From Nocardioides sp. (lineage in GTDB: Bacteria; Actinomycetota; Actinomycetes; Propionibacteriales; Nocardioidaceae), in contig JBFGFQ010000001.1 of assembly GCA_041579495.1 (NCBI GenBank), forward strand, positions 1-36,895: DNA of 36,895 nucleotides. Reading direction: 5' to 3'. The notes beneath the pieces were generated by a model. The model saw nothing but the letters and a program-made list of their open reading frames with translations, was not told the DNA's origin and made no database searches. How positions within the stretch are numbered: the first letter of the stretch is position 1; the number at the start of each line of letters is the position of its first letter. Shown here piece after piece: positions 17,142 through 27,848 of the stretch. Made by a program: the position numbers and the translations under genes.

Positions 17142-18803
17142 ATGGACCAGGGCAGCACGCAGGGACGTCCCGACGGGAACACCGGGGACGCGACGCGGCG
17201 CTCGGGGGACCTCAGCGACCTCGTGGTCGAGGCGGCCGCCGAGTCGCCCGACAAGCTCGCGCTGGTCGAGGCCGACGGACGCAGCGTGACCTGGGCCGAG
17301 CTCGAGGACGAGGTGGCGCGGCTGGCGCACGGTCTGTCGGAGGTCGGCGTGCTCGCCGGCTACCGGGTCGTCCTGGCCCTGGAGAACAGCATCGAGTTCG
17401 TCACCACCTACCTCGCGGTGCTGCGGGTGCACGCCGTCGCGGTGCCGGTCAACCCGCGCTCCACCGCGAGCGAGCTCACCCGGGTGCTGGCCGACTCGGG
17501 CAGCCGGCTGGTGGTCGCCGGTCCCGCCGCGCTCGACGTCGTACGCCGCGCGGTCGCCGACCTCGCCGCGGGTCCCGACCTGCCGCCCGACCTGCTGGCG
17601 CGGGCCGCCGAGCCGCGCGTGGTCGTGGTGGGCGCCGACCCGGCCGAGGGGGAGTGGACCCACGTGTCGTTGCGCGCCGACGCCTCGCCCGTGGCGGTGC
17701 CGCGGGTGCGCGACGCCGAGCGGCTCGCGGTGCTCCTCTACACCTCCGGCACGTCCGGGCACCCGCGCGCCGCGATGCTGAGCCACCGGGCGCTGCTGGC
17801 CAACATCGACCAGGTCGGCGCGGTCGAGCCGCCGATGATGCACGGCGACGACGTCGTGCTCGGGGTGCTGCCGCTCTTCCACGTCTACGGGCTCAACGCG
17901 GTGCTCGGCAGCGCGCTGCGCCACCGGGCCAAGCTGGTGCTGGTGCGCGAGTACGACCCCGAGACGATCCTCGACGTCGTCGACGACGAGGCCTGCAGCG
18001 TGCTGCCGGTCGCGCCGCCGGTCTTCCGGCACTGGCGCGACGACGAGACGCTGGCCGAGCGGCTGGGGCCCGTGCGGCTGATCCTCTCGGGCTCGGCGCC
18101 GCTCGACCCGGTCGCGGTCGCGCAGTTCACCGCCGCCACCGGGCTGGAGGTGCACCAGGGCTACGGGCTGACCGAGGCGGCCCCGGTGGTCACCAGCACG
18201 CTGCACGCCCCTGCGGGCCCGGACGGCCCGGGCGGCCCGACGCCGGGATCGGTGGGTGTCGCGCTGCCCGGCATCGAGCTGCGCCTGGTCGACGAGGCGG
18301 GCCGCGCGACCGAGCCGGGCGACCCCGGCGAGATCCAGGTGCGCGGCGCCAACCTCTTCAGCGGCTACTGGCCCGACGGGTCCGACGGCCCCGACGCCGA
18401 CGGCTGGTACTCGACCGGCGACGTCGGGCTGCTCGACCCGCGCGGCGAGCTCTTCCTGGTCGACCGGGTCAAGGAGCTGGTCATCGTCTCGGGCTTCAAC
18501 GTCTACCCGACCGAGGTCGAGGAGGTCGTGCGCGAGGTCGAGGGGGTGCGCGAGGCCGCCGTGATCGGGGTCCCCGACCCCGACACCGGCGAGGCCGTGG
18601 TGGCCTACGTCGTCGCCCCCGGCGGCGGCGTCCGGGACGTCGTCGCGGCCGTGCGGGAGCGCTGCGAGCAGCGGCTGGCCCGCTTCAAGGTGCCCAGCCG
18701 CATCGAGGTCGTCGACTCCCTGCCGGTCACGGTGACCGGCAAGGTGCGCAAGGGCTCGCTGCGGGCCGAGGAGCGCCGCCGCAACCTCGAGCTGCTCGGA
18801 TGA
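17142..18803 (+). CDS. AMP-binding enzyme, long-chain fatty acid--CoA ligase-like
   Basis: [11 protein letters not shown]-loop, [34 protein letters not shown]. Confidence 0.9.
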   Translation: MDQGSTQGRPDGNTGDATRRSGDLSDLVVEAAAESPDKLALVEADGRSVTWAELEDEVARLAHGLSEVGVLAGYRVVLALENSIEFVTTYLAVLRVHAVAVPVNPRSTASELTRVLADSGSRLVVAGPAALDVVRRAVADLAAGPDLPPDLLARAAEPRVVVVGADPAEGEWTHVSLRADASPVAVPRVRDAERLAVLLYTSGTSGHPRAAMLSHRALLANIDQVGAVEPPMMHGDDVVLGVLPLFHVYGLNAVLGSALRHRAKLVLVREYDPETILDVVDDEACSVLPVAPPVFRHWRDDETLAERLGPVRLILSGSAPLDPVAVAQFTAATGLEVHQGYGLTEAAPVVTSTLHAPAGPDGPGGPTPGSVGVALPGIELRLVDEAGRATEPGDPGEIQVRGANLFSGYWPDGSDGPDADGWYSTGDVGLLDPRGELFLVDRVKELVIVSGFNVYPTEVEEVVREVEGVREAAVIGVPDPDTGEAVVAYVVAPGGGVRDVVAAVRERCEQRLARFKVPSRIEVVDSLPVTVTGKVRKGSLRAEERRRNLELLG

Positions 18804-19048
18804 GCGCGCCCGAGCCCCGGGTGCGCCTGCTGACCCGGCCCGGCTGCCACCTGTGCGACGAGGCGCGGGCGGTCGTCGAGGCGGTGTGCGCCGAGCTGGG
18901 CGAGACCTACGACGAGGTCTCGATCGACGACGACCCCGAGCTGACCCGGCGCTACGGCGAGGAGATCCCGGTGACCTTCGTCGACGGGCGCCAGCACGAC
19001 TACTGGCGCGTCGACCCGGCGCGCCTGCGCCGCGCGCTCGGCGCCTGA
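18800..19048 (+). CDS. Glutaredoxin-like protein (DUF836)
   Basis: C-terminal 82 aa of the 14690..19048 ORF: TRPGCHLCDEA, EEIPVTFVDG, HDYWRVD; ATGA overlap with the ligase gene. Confidence 0.9.
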   Translation: MSAPEPRVRLLTRPGCHLCDEARAVVEAVCAELGETYDEVSIDDDPELTRRYGEEIPVTFVDGRQHDYWRVDPARLRRALGA

Positions 19049-19157
19049 GCGGCGGCGCACGCGCCCCCTCCGGCGCGGCTACGCGCCGGTACGGCCCCGG
19101 TGGGCGTGGGGGTTCTCACATGTGCTAGCCCACCCCGCGGACGGGCGTCCGCTCGGT

Positions 19158-19175
19158 TTGTTCTCGCGTTCACAA
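19158..19175 (+). promoter_or_regulatory. Rex operator (ROP) just upstream of a TACAGT -10
   Basis: TTGTTCTCGCGTTCACAA versus consensus TTGTGAA-N4-TTCACAA (right half perfect); TACAGT at 19181-19186; lies upstream of rex-hemA. Confidence 0.75.
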
Positions 19176-19255
19176 ACTCCTACAGTGACGATGTCGCTCG
19201 GACGATCAGGGGCTCCTCGGTCCCCGTCCCGCGGCTGGGCATGGAGAGCACTGAA

Positions 19256-19963
19256 GTGACCGAACGGACCCCCTCCGAGGCGTCGCGGGACATCCCCGAG
19301 GCGACCGTCGCGCGGCTGCCGGTCTACCTGCGAGCCCTGACCGGGCTCTCCGAGGCAGGGACCGCCACCTGCTCCAGCGAGGACCTCGCCACCGCGGCCG
19401 GCGTCAACAGCGCCAAGCTGCGCAAGGACCTGTCCTACCTCGGCAGCTACGGCACCCGCGGCGTCGGCTACGACGTGGAGTACCTGCGCTACCAGATCGC
19501 CCGCGAGATCGGCGTGACCCAGGACTGGCCCGTGGTCATCGTCGGCATCGGCAACCTCGGCCACGCCCTGGCCAACTTCTCCGGCTTCCGCAGCCGCGGC
19601 TTCCGGGTCGTGGCCCTGCTCGACGCCGACCCGCGCCGCCACCAGGAGGTCGTGGCCGGCGTCGACGTGCGGCCCTTCTCCGACCTCGAGGCGATCGTGC
19701 ACGAGCACGGGGTGGCCATCGGGGTCATCTCCACCCCGGCCCCCGCCGCGCAGGACGTCGCCGACCACATGGTCGCCGCCGGCATCCGCAGCATCCTCAA
19801 CTTCGCCCCGACCGTGCTGGCCGTGCCCCCCGGGGTCGACGTCCGCAAGGTCGACCTGTCCATCGAGCTGCAGATCCTCGCCTACCACGAGCAGCGCAAG
19901 GCCCTGGGAGCCGCGGGCGTCGCCGCCGCCTCCGAGGGCGCGCTGGAAGGAAGGCCCGCATGA
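19256..19963 (+). CDS. rex: Redox-sensing transcriptional repressor Rex
   Basis: IPEATVARLPVYLRAL, LRKDLSYLGSYGTRGVGY, GIGNLG, ILNFAP; GTG after GGAGAG (alternative ATG at 19241). Confidence 0.96.
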   Translation: MTERTPSEASRDIPEATVARLPVYLRALTGLSEAGTATCSSEDLATAAGVNSAKLRKDLSYLGSYGTRGVGYDVEYLRYQIAREIGVTQDWPVVIVGIGNLGHALANFSGFRSRGFRVVALLDADPRRHQEVVAGVDVRPFSDLEAIVHEHGVAIGVISTPAPAAQDVADHMVAAGIRSILNFAPTVLAVPPGVDVRKVDLSIELQILAYHEQRKALGAAGVAAASEGALEGRPA

Positions 19964-21258
19964 GCGTCCTGGTCGTGGGCATCTCCCACAACTCCGCCCC
20001 GGTCTCGCTGCTGGAGCGGGTCGCCGGCACCGACGACGACAGCGTCGCCAAGCTGGTCGCCGCCGCCTCCGCGGCCGCGCACGTCACCGAGGCGGCGGTC
20101 ATCTCGACCTGCAACCGCCTCGAGGTCTACGCCGACGTCGACCGCTTCCACGGCTCGGTCGAGGAGCTCTCGACGCTGCTGGTCGACCGGGCCGGCGAGA
20201 GCACCGAGGCGATGCTGCCGCACCTCTACGTCCACTACGACGACGGCGCGGTCTCGCACCTCTTCCAGGTCGCGGCCGGGCTCGACTCGATGGCCGTGGG
20301 CGAGGGCCAGATCCTCGGCCAGACCCGCGAGGCGCTGCGGCTGGGCCAGGAGCTCGGCACGGTCGGGCCCGCGCTCAACAGCCTCTTCCAGCAGGCCCTG
20401 CGCGTGGGCAAGCGCTCGCGCGCCGAGACCGACATCGACCGCGCCGCGCCCTCGCTCATCTCCTCCGCGCTGCGTCGCGCCGGCGACAGCCTCGGCGACG
20501 TGGCCGGGCGCCGCGTGGCCGTGCTGGGCGCCGGGTCGATGGCCGGCCTGGCCACCGCGACGATGGCGCGCCTGGGCGCGGCCGACATCGTGGTGCTCAA
20601 CCGCACCGCCGAGCGGGCCGACCGGCTCGCCCGTGAGTACGGCGCCCGCACCGCCCCCGTGGCCGCCCTCGGCGACGCCGTGGCCGAGGCCGACCTGCTG
20701 GTGACCTGCACCGGCGCCACCGGCGTCCAGGTCGGGGTCGACCTGCTCGAGCAGGCGCTGCACGGTGGCCGCAGCCTCACGGTCATCGACCTGGCGCTGC
20801 CCCACGACGTCGACCCGGCCGCCGCCGACCTCGACGGGCTCACCCTGATCAACCTGGCCAGCCTCGCCAGCGAGGTCGACGACACCGAGGCCGGCACCGA
20901 GGTGCGGGCCGTGCGCGACATCGTCACCGAGGAGGTCGCGGCGTTCCTCACCGCGCGCCGCCAGGCCAGCGTCACCCCGACCGTGGTGGCGCTGCGCTCG
21001 ATGGCCACCGGCGTCGTCGACGCCGAGATGTCGCGCCTCGAGACCCGGCTGCCCGACCTCGACCCCGCCGCCCGCGCCGAGGTGCTGCACACGGTGCGCC
21101 GCGTGGCCGACAAGCTGCTGCACGAGCCGACCGTGCGGGTGCGCGAGCTGGCCAACGAGGCCGGCGCGGTCTCCTACGCCGCCGCCCTCGCCGAGCTCTT
21201 CGCCCTCGACCCCGAGGCGGTCTCCGCCGTCACCCGGCCGGGAGGGCTGTCGTCGTGA
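19960..21258 (+). CDS. hemA: Glutamyl-tRNA reductase
   Basis: GISHNSAP, STCNRLE, GLDSMAVGEGQILGQ, GAGSM, DLALPHDVDP, KLLHEP. Confidence 0.97.
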   Translation: MSVLVVGISHNSAPVSLLERVAGTDDDSVAKLVAAASAAAHVTEAAVISTCNRLEVYADVDRFHGSVEELSTLLVDRAGESTEAMLPHLYVHYDDGAVSHLFQVAAGLDSMAVGEGQILGQTREALRLGQELGTVGPALNSLFQQALRVGKRSRAETDIDRAAPSLISSALRRAGDSLGDVAGRRVAVLGAGSMAGLATATMARLGAADIVVLNRTAERADRLAREYGARTAPVAALGDAVAEADLLVTCTGATGVQVGVDLLEQALHGGRSLTVIDLALPHDVDPAAADLDGLTLINLASLASEVDDTEAGTEVRAVRDIVTEEVAAFLTARRQASVTPTVVALRSMATGVVDAEMSRLETRLPDLDPAARAEVLHTVRRVADKLLHEPTVRVRELANEAGAVSYAAALAELFALDPEAVSAVTRPGGLSS

Positions 21259-22244
21259 CCACCCACCACCCGTCCGGGCCGCCCCCGGTGCGCGTCGGCA
21301 CCCGGCGCTCGCTGCTGGCCACCACCCAGGCCGGTCACGTCGCCACCATGATCCGTGAGCGGCTGGGCCGCGAGACCGTGATGGTCGAGGTGACCACCGA
21401 CGGCGACCGCAGCCAGGCCGCGGGCACCCCGCTGGCCGGCTCGTCGTCGACCGGCGTCTTCGTCAGCGCCCTGCGCGAGGCGCTGCTGCGCGGCGAGGTC
21501 GACGTGGCCGTGCACTCCCTCAAGGACGTGCCCACCTACCCCGCGGCGGGGATCGTGGTGGCGGCCGTGCCGCTGCGCGAGGACCCCCGCGACGCCGTCG
21601 TCGCCCGTGACGGGCTGACCATCGGCGAGCTGCCCGTCGGCTCGGTCGTCGGCACCGGGTCGCCCCGGCGCGCGGCCCAGCTGCACGCCCTCGGTCTCGG
21701 TTTGGAGGTGGTCGGCGTTCGTGGGAACGTCGACACCCGGATCGGCAAGGTCCGCAGCGGCGAGCTCGACGCCGTCGTGCTGGCCCGTGCCGGTCTCTCC
21801 CGCATCGATCGGCTCGCGGAGGTCACCGAGGTGCTCGACCCCCTGCAGGTGCTGCCCGCTCCCGGGCAGGGCGCGCTGGCGATCGAGTGCCGCGCCGACG
21901 ACGAGCTGGCGGTGCTGCTCGGGGCGCTCGACGACGCGCCCACCCGCGCGGCGGTCGACGCCGAGCGGGCGGTGCTGTCGACCCTCGAGGGCGGCTGCTC
22001 GGCCCCGATCGGGGCACTGGCGGAGGTCGTCGAGGGTGAGGACGACGAGGAGCTGTGGGTGAGGGCCGTGGCGCTCTCGCCCGACGGGACGCTCTCGGTG
22101 CGGATGTCCGCGACCGGGACGCCCTCCGACGCCGTGGGCGTCGGGACCCGGTTGGGAGCAGAGATGCTCGCCGACGGGGCAGGACAGCTGGGCCAGCCAG
22201 GTCCAGCGGCCACCACTGAAGCAGACAAGGTGCGAGAAGCATGA
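21255..22244 (+). CDS. hemC: Hydroxymethylbilane synthase (porphobilinogen deaminase)
   Basis: GTRRSLLA, AVHSLKD, REDPRD, GTGSPRR, RGNVDTR, PAPGQGAL, LEGGC. Confidence 0.97.
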   Translation: MTTHHPSGPPPVRVGTRRSLLATTQAGHVATMIRERLGRETVMVEVTTDGDRSQAAGTPLAGSSSTGVFVSALREALLRGEVDVAVHSLKDVPTYPAAGIVVAAVPLREDPRDAVVARDGLTIGELPVGSVVGTGSPRRAAQLHALGLGLEVVGVRGNVDTRIGKVRSGELDAVVLARAGLSRIDRLAEVTEVLDPLQVLPAPGQGALAIECRADDELAVLLGALDDAPTRAAVDAERAVLSTLEGGCSAPIGALAEVVEGEDDEELWVRAVALSPDGTLSVRMSATGTPSDAVGVGTRLGAEMLADGAGQLGQPGPAATTEADKVREA

Positions 22245-23902
22245 CGCGAGGCAAGACCACGACCGACCCGACCGAGCGGGCCCGCGGCTGGGTGTCGTTC
22301 GTCGGCAGCGGCCCCGGCGACCCCGACCTGATGACCCTGCGCGCGGTCGAGCTGCTGCGCCAGGCCGAGGTGGTCGTCACCGAGTCACCCGAGCACGTGG
22401 AGCTGGTCTCCCGGCTGCTGGGCCTGCCCGCCCCCGACGCGGAGGCGCCCGAGCACGACGGCGGCCCCGAGGTCGTCGACGGCGGCTTCGGCGAGGACGG
22501 CCAGCCGCTGACCCACGCCGCGCGCGCCAAGGTGGTGGTCAAGCACGCCAAGAAGGGCCGCCGCGTGGTGCGGCTGATGACCGGCGACCCGTTCATGTAC
22601 GCCTCCGGTCCCGAGGAGGCGCAGGCCTGCGCCAAGGCCGGCATCGGCTTCGAGATCGTCCCGGGCGTGTCCTCGGTCGGCGCCGTCCCGGCGTACGCCG
22701 GCATCCCGCTGACCACCAAGGACCACCGCGAGGTCGCGGTCGTGACCTGCGACGGCAGCGTCGACTGGAGCCAGTACGCCGACGACCGCACCCTGGTGCT
22801 GCTCTCAGGCGTGGGCCAGGTCGCCGACATCGCCAAGGCGCTCGTCTCGGCCGGCCGCTCGCCCGCCACCCCGGTCGCGATGACCCGCGTGGGCACCACC
22901 ACCGAGCAGTCCACCGTCACCTCGACGCTCGCCGACATCGGCGCCGACGCGCGCGCGGCCCGGATGGCGCCGCCCGCGGTCATCGTGGTCGGCAAGGTCG
23001 TCGACCTGCGCGAGACCCTGTCGTGGTTCGAGACCAAGCCGCTCTTCGGCTGGCGGGTCCTGGTGCCGCGCACCAAGGACCAGGCCGGGCCGCTGACCAC
23101 CCGCCTGCGCGGCTACGGCGCGGTGCCCGAGGAGGTCCCCACGATCTCCGTCGAGCCGCCGCGCAACCCGCAGCAGATGGACAAGGCCGTGCGCGGCCTG
23201 GTCGAGGGCCGCTACGAGTGGATCGCCTTCACCTCCGTCAACGCCGTCAAGGCGGTGCGCGAGAAGTTCGAGGAGTACGGCCTCGACGCGCGTGCCTTCT
23301 CGGGGCTCAAGATCGCCGCGGTCGGCGACAAGACCGCCGGCGCGATCGCCGACTGGGGCCTGCGCGCCGACCTGGTGCCCTCGGGCGAGCAGTCCGCCGC
23401 CGGGCTGCTGGCCGACTGGCCCGAGTACGACGACGTGCTCGACCCGATCAACCGGGTCTTCCTGCCGCGCGCCGACATCGCCACCGAGAACCTGGTCGCC
23501 GGCCTGATCGACCTGGGCTGGGAGTGCGACGACGTCACCGCCTACCGCACCGTGCGGGCCACCCCGCCGCCGGCGCCGACGCGCGACGCGATCAAGTCGG
23601 GCAAGTTCGACGCGGTCGTCTTCACCTCCTCCTCCACGGTGCGCAACCTGGTCGGGATCGCGGGCAAGCCGCACCCCTCCACCATCATCGCGGTGATCGG
23701 TCCGGCCACGGCCAAGACCGCCGAGGAGCACGGGCTGCGCGTCGACGTGCTCTCGCCCAAGCCCGACGTCGAGGTGCTCACCGACGCGCTGGCCGACTTC
23801 GGGGCGGCGCGCCGGCTCTCGCTGCTCGAGGAGGGCCAGCCGGTCACCAAGCCCTCGGAGCGCAAGCCCGCCGCCCGGCGTCGCGCGACCTCGCGGTCCT
23901 GA
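22241..23902 (+). CDS. hemD: Fused uroporphyrinogen-III C-methyltransferase / uroporphyrinogen-III synthase
   Basis: N-terminal [25 protein letters not shown]; C-terminal [30 protein letters not shown]. Confidence 0.93.
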   Translation: MTRGKTTTDPTERARGWVSFVGSGPGDPDLMTLRAVELLRQAEVVVTESPEHVELVSRLLGLPAPDAEAPEHDGGPEVVDGGFGEDGQPLTHAARAKVVVKHAKKGRRVVRLMTGDPFMYASGPEEAQACAKAGIGFEIVPGVSSVGAVPAYAGIPLTTKDHREVAVVTCDGSVDWSQYADDRTLVLLSGVGQVADIAKALVSAGRSPATPVAMTRVGTTTEQSTVTSTLADIGADARAARMAPPAVIVVGKVVDLRETLSWFETKPLFGWRVLVPRTKDQAGPLTTRLRGYGAVPEEVPTISVEPPRNPQQMDKAVRGLVEGRYEWIAFTSVNAVKAVREKFEEYGLDARAFSGLKIAAVGDKTAGAIADWGLRADLVPSGEQSAAGLLADWPEYDDVLDPINRVFLPRADIATENLVAGLIDLGWECDDVTAYRTVRATPPPAPTRDAIKSGKFDAVVFTSSSTVRNLVGIAGKPHPSTIIAVIGPATAKTAEEHGLRVDVLSPKPDVEVLTDALADFGAARRLSLLEEGQPVTKPSERKPAARRRATSRS

Positions 23903-23921
23903 GCGGGGCGGGGGAGCCACG

Positions 23922-24932
23922 GTGAGCCCGGAGACGAACGAGCCGAGCGCCGCGGTGCGTGGGCCGGTGCTGCGACCGCGCCGCCTGCGCACCACCCCGG
24001 CGATGCGCCGGATGGTGGCCGAGAGCCAGGTGGCCCCGCGCCAGCTGGTGCTGCCGCTGTTCGTGCGCGAGGGGATCTCCGAGCCCCAGCCGATCTCCTC
24101 CATGCCCGGCGTCGTGCAGCACACCCGCTCCAGCCTGCTGGCCGCGGTCTCCGAGGCCGCCGAGCTGGGGCTGGGCGGGGTGATGCTCTTCGGCATCCCC
24201 GAGACCCGTGACGCCACCGGCTCGGCCGGCACCGACCCCTCGGGCATCCTCAACCTGGCCATCACCGACGTCGTCGGCGAGGTCGGCGACGCGCTGACCG
24301 TGATGAGCGACCTGTGCCTCGACGAGTTCACCGACCACGGGCACTGCGGCCTGCTCACCCCCGACGGACGCGTCGACAACGACCGCACGCTCGCGGCGTA
24401 CGCCGAGATGGCGCGCGCGCAGGCCCACGCCGGCGTCGACATGGTCGGGCCCAGCGGGATGATGGACGGCCAGGTCGCGGTCGTGCGGGAGGCGCTCGAC
24501 GCCGCCGAGCACACCGACGTCTCGATCCTGGCCTACTCCGCCAAGTACGCCTCGGCGTTCTACGGGCCCTTCCGCGAGGCCGTCGACTCCTGCCTCGAGG
24601 GCGACCGGCGCACCTACCAGCAGGACCCCGCCAACGCGGTGGAGGGCGTGCGCGAGGCGCTGCTCGACGTCGCCGAGGGAGCCGACGTGGTGATGGTCAA
24701 GCCGGCCCTGGCCTACCTCGACGTGCTGCGCCGGGTGCGCGACGCCGTCGACGTGCCGGTGGCGGCGTACAACATCTCCGGCGAGTACGCGATGGTCGAG
24801 GCCGCCGCCGCCAACGGCTGGATCGACCGTGAGCCGGCCATCCTCGAGACGCTCGGCTCGATCCACCGCGCCGGCGCCGACGTGATCCTGACCTACTGGG
24901 CCGCCGAGGCGGCCCGCCTGCTGCGCGCCTGA
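23922..24932 (+). CDS. hemB: Porphobilinogen synthase (ALA dehydratase)
   Basis: [51 protein letters not shown]. Confidence 0.97.
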   Translation: MSPETNEPSAAVRGPVLRPRRLRTTPAMRRMVAESQVAPRQLVLPLFVREGISEPQPISSMPGVVQHTRSSLLAAVSEAAELGLGGVMLFGIPETRDATGSAGTDPSGILNLAITDVVGEVGDALTVMSDLCLDEFTDHGHCGLLTPDGRVDNDRTLAAYAEMARAQAHAGVDMVGPSGMMDGQVAVVREALDAAEHTDVSILAYSAKYASAFYGPFREAVDSCLEGDRRTYQQDPANAVEGVREALLDVAEGADVVMVKPALAYLDVLRRVRDAVDVPVAAYNISGEYAMVEAAAANGWIDREPAILETLGSIHRAGADVILTYWAAEAARLLRA

Positions 24933-24945
24933 CCTCTCACGCGCG

Positions 24946-24978
24946 AGGAGCCCCGACCGGTGACCGGTCGGGGCTCCT
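24946..24978. terminator. Bidirectional hairpin terminator between convergent hemB and transglycosylase genes
   Basis: AGGAGCCCCGACCGGT-G-ACCGGTCGGGGCTCCT, perfect 16-bp inverted repeat. Confidence 0.8.
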
Positions 24979-24995
24979 GCTGCGTCAGGCCGGGG

Positions 24996-26204
24996 CTACT
25001 TGCCCATGTACTTCTTCACGCACTTGTCGAAGGGGTCGGTGCTGCTCAGGATGTTGTCGACGTAGCCGTCGAGGGTGCACTGCAGCACCGCCTGCGCGTA
25101 GCTGAGGGTCTCGTCGACGACCGACACGCTGGTCGAGGGCAGGGCCGGCAGCGTCGGCGCGGGGCCGCCCGGGGTGCCCAGGCCGCCGCCGTTGCCGCCG
25201 TCGCCGGGAGCGGTCGGGCCGGTGGGCGACGCGGGCTCGGGCTCCGGCTCGGGAGCGGGCTCCGGCTGGGACGGGCCGGGCTGCGGCTGGGACGGGCCCT
25301 GGCCCTGGGAGCCCTGCGGGCCCTGGGCGGGCTTCGGCGGCTTCGGGGGCGTGTAGGACGGGTCCGGCGCGATGGTGCCGGCCGCCAGGGTGTTGGTGGG
25401 CACCGAGGTGTAGTCGCCGGACATGTAGGCGTCCATGATCGAGAGCACCAGCTCGACGTACTCGTCGGAGTTGTTGTAGCGGAAGACCGCCTCCTCCTGG
25501 CCCGCGGTGGTCGACAGGTCGTCGTCGCCGGAGCACAGGTAGACCGCGGTGCCCAGCGCGGCGTCGTCGATGTCCTGCGGGTTGCGCTGGCCGTCGCCGT
25601 CGGCGTCGACGCCCACGACCGACCAGGTCGAGGGGATGAACTGCATCGGGCCGATCGCCCGGTCGTAGGTGGTGTCCTTGTCGAACTGACCGGCGTCGGT
25701 GTCGCGGATCAGCGCGGTGCCGCGCTTGCCGTTGAGGGCGATGCCGTAGATGCCGGGACGGGCCACGCCCTCGTCGTCGAGGACGTTGCCGCCGTAGCGG
25801 CCGTGGTCGGACTCGACGCGCCCGATCGCACCGATGAGCTGCCAGGTCACGTTGCACGACTTGTCGGCCTCGTTGATGACCGTCTCGGCGCGCTGGTAGG
25901 CGGCCAGGGCCGCGGAGGGGATGTCGGCGTTGGAGGCGGTGGCCACGACGCGCCGGGCGTCCTTGCCGCGCAGGCCGGCCGCGACGACGTCGCCGGTCGA
26001 CACGCTCGCGGGGGCCTCGATCGCCTCGGTGGGCACGCTGCTGCCGTCGGGCAGTGCGGAGACCTCGGGGAGCTCGACCTCCTCGGACGCGTTGAGCGTG
26101 GCGGGGGAGGCCCCGACCAGGCTGGCGGTCACCGCCGCCGAGAGCAGGCCGAGCGGCACCAGGGCCGTCGCCTTCTGCAGGCGTCCCAATCGCTGTGCGG
26201 ACAA
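24996..26204 (-). CDS. Secreted lytic transglycosylase (SLT_2 / MltB-like) with Pro/Gly-rich tail
   Basis: Signal-like N-terminus, IGRVESDHG (catalytic Glu), [32 protein letters not shown]; TTG start after GGGGAG SD. Confidence 0.88.
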   Translation of the reverse strand: MSAQRLGRLQKATALVPLGLLSAAVTASLVGASPATLNASEEVELPEVSALPDGSSVPTEAIEAPASVSTGDVVAAGLRGKDARRVVATASNADIPSAALAAYQRAETVINEADKSCNVTWQLIGAIGRVESDHGRYGGNVLDDEGVARPGIYGIALNGKRGTALIRDTDAGQFDKDTTYDRAIGPMQFIPSTWSVVGVDADGDGQRNPQDIDDAALGTAVYLCSGDDDLSTTAGQEEAVFRYNNSDEYVELVLSIMDAYMSGDYTSVPTNTLAAGTIAPDPSYTPPKPPKPAQGPQGSQGQGPSQPQPGPSQPEPAPEPEPEPASPTGPTAPGDGGNGGGLGTPGGPAPTLPALPSTSVSVVDETLSYAQAVLQCTLDGYVDNILSSTDPFDKCVKKYMGK

Positions 26205-26223
26205 AGTCTTCTCCCCTGTGGGT

Positions 26224-26259
26224 TCTGCCGGTGGATCTGCTGGCGGATCTGCTGGTGGG
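26224..26259. repeat. Three tandem 12-bp imperfect repeats in the transglycosylase leader
   Basis: TCTGCCGGTGGA / TCTGCTGGCGGA / TCTGCTGGTGGG. Confidence 0.7.
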
Positions 26260-26289
26260 CCGTGCTCCCTCAAGCGCCCTGTGACCGAC

Positions 26290-26317
26290 CTAACGATCCT
26301 CCCACAGCGGCGTTACG
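26290..26317 (-). promoter_or_regulatory. BldN-type ECF promoter upstream of the lytic transglycosylase
   Basis: Minus strand (GGC)CGTAAC-N16-CGTTAG; shares GGCCGTAAC with the rsbN promoter. Confidence 0.65.
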
Positions 26318-26513
26318 GCCACAGCGCTTCACCAGATCCGGGGGCGCTGGCCGCCGACTCCCCCCGCCCACCTCATGCCCGCAGGTCAGCGGCGCGAAAC
26401 CAGGTCGCCGACGGCTGCGCGGCGCCGGGGCCGGCAGTGGGCTGGACCACCCGGGCCCCCCGGTGTGCGGGCGCCGACGTGCGGGGCTTGTCGGGCACAG
26501 GGACAATGGCCGG

Positions 26514-27848
26514 GTGAGCCAGGGTCTGCAGTCCGTGACGACCGACGCCTCGGCGGAGATGTTCCGCCGGGCCCACCGCGTGACCCCCGGCGGGGTGAAC
26601 TCGCCGGTGCGCGCCTTCAACGCCGTGGGCGGCACCCCCCGCTTCATCCGCTCCGCTCAGGGCGCGTGGCTGCACGACGTCGACGGCAACTCCTACGTCG
26701 ACCTGATCTGCTCGTGGGGCCCGATGCTGCTGGGCCACGCCCACCCCGAGGTGCTCGAGGCGGTGCAGGCGGCGGTCGCGCGCGGCACGTCGTACGGCAC
26801 GCCCACCGAGCCCGAGGTGGAGCTGGCCGAGGAGATCGTCGAGCGCACCTCGGTGGAGAAGGTCCGCTTCGTCTCCTCCGGCACCGAGGCCACGATGTCG
26901 GCCATCCGCCTGGCGCGCGGCTTCACCGGCCGCGACGTGGTGGTGAAGTTCGCCGGCTGCTACCACGGCCACGTCGACGCGCTGCTGGCCTCGGCCGGCT
27001 CCGGCCTGGCCACCTTCGCGGTGCCCGGCACCCCCGGCGTCCCGGCCTCCTCGACCGAGCTGACCCTGGTGCTGCCCTACAACGACCGGGCCGCGGTCGA
27101 GGCGGTCTTCGCCGAGCACGGCGACCGGATCGCCTGCCTGGTCACCGAGGCCGCCCCCGGCAACATGGGCGTGGTGCCGCCCGAGCCCGGCTTCAACGAG
27201 TTCCTGGCCGCGACCTGCGCCCGGCACGGCGCCCTGTTCGTCAGCGACGAGGTGATGACCGGCTTCCGCGCCTCGCGCCAGGGCCAGTGGGGCCTCGACG
27301 GGGCCGTCGAGGGCTGGCGCCCCGACCGGGTCACCTTCGGCAAGGTGATGGGCGGCGGCTTCCCGGCCGCGGCCTTCGGCGGCCGGGCCGACGTGATGGG
27401 CCACCTCTCGCCCGAGGGGCCCGTCTACCAGGCCGGCACGCTGTCGGGGAACCCGGTGGCGACCACCGCCGGGCTGGCCACCCTGCGGCTGGCCACGCCC
27501 GAGGTCTACGACCACCTCACGCGCACCGGCGAGACCATCAAGGCCGCCGCCACGGAGGCGCTGGAGGCCGCCGGGGTGGCGCACACGATCCAGTCGACCG
27601 GCACGATGTTCTCGGTGTTCCTCACCGAGGGGCCGGTCCGCGACTTCGACGAGGCCTCGCGCACCGACACCGCGGCGTACGGCGCCTTCTTCCACGCCAT
27701 GCTCGAGCGGGGCGTCTACCTGCCGCCCTCGGCGTACGAGGCCTGGTTCCTCTCCGCCGCCCACGACGACCGCGCCGTGCAGACCGTGCTCGACGCGCTG
27801 CCCGAGGCCGCCCGCGCGGCCGCCGCGACCGAGAGGCCCGTGCGATGA
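26514..27848 (+). CDS. hemL: Glutamate-1-semialdehyde 2,1-aminomutase
   Basis: [55 protein letters not shown]; GACAAT 6 nt before the GTG. Confidence 0.97.
   Translation: MSQGLQSVTTDASAEMFRRAHRVTPGGVNSPVRAFNAVGGTPRFIRSAQGAWLHDVDGNSYVDLICSWGPMLLGHAHPEVLEAVQAAVARGTSYGTPTEPEVELAEEIVERTSVEKVRFVSSGTEATMSAIRLARGFTGRDVVVKFAGCYHGHVDALLASAGSGLATFAVPGTPGVPASSTELTLVLPYNDRAAVEAVFAEHGDRIACLVTEAAPGNMGVVPPEPGFNEFLAATCARHGALFVSDEVMTGFRASRQGQWGLDGAVEGWRPDRVTFGKVMGGGFPAAAFGGRADVMGHLSPEGPVYQAGTLSGNPVATTAGLATLRLATPEVYDHLTRTGETIKAAATEALEAAGVAHTIQSTGTMFSVFLTEGPVRDFDEASRTDTAAYGAFFHAMLERGVYLPPSAYEAWFLSAAHDDRAVQTVLDALPEAARAAAATERPVR

Noticed and set aside
14690-19048. 1452-aa ORF and the other very long Arg/Pro/Gly-rich ORFs in the track (238..2553, 8411..10729, 24960..27848, 28820..31468, 33382..35601, 34299..36770)
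   Set aside because: These are shadow or antisense frames kept open by high GC. Where a real protein exists it is only the C-terminal portion, with its own start signals.
22241-23902. Methyltransferase-HemD fusion as a novelty
   Set aside because: This is the standard architecture in actinobacteria.
24308-24350. HemB metal site with only two Cys ([11 protein letters not shown])
   Set aside because: This is the usual actinobacterial variant.
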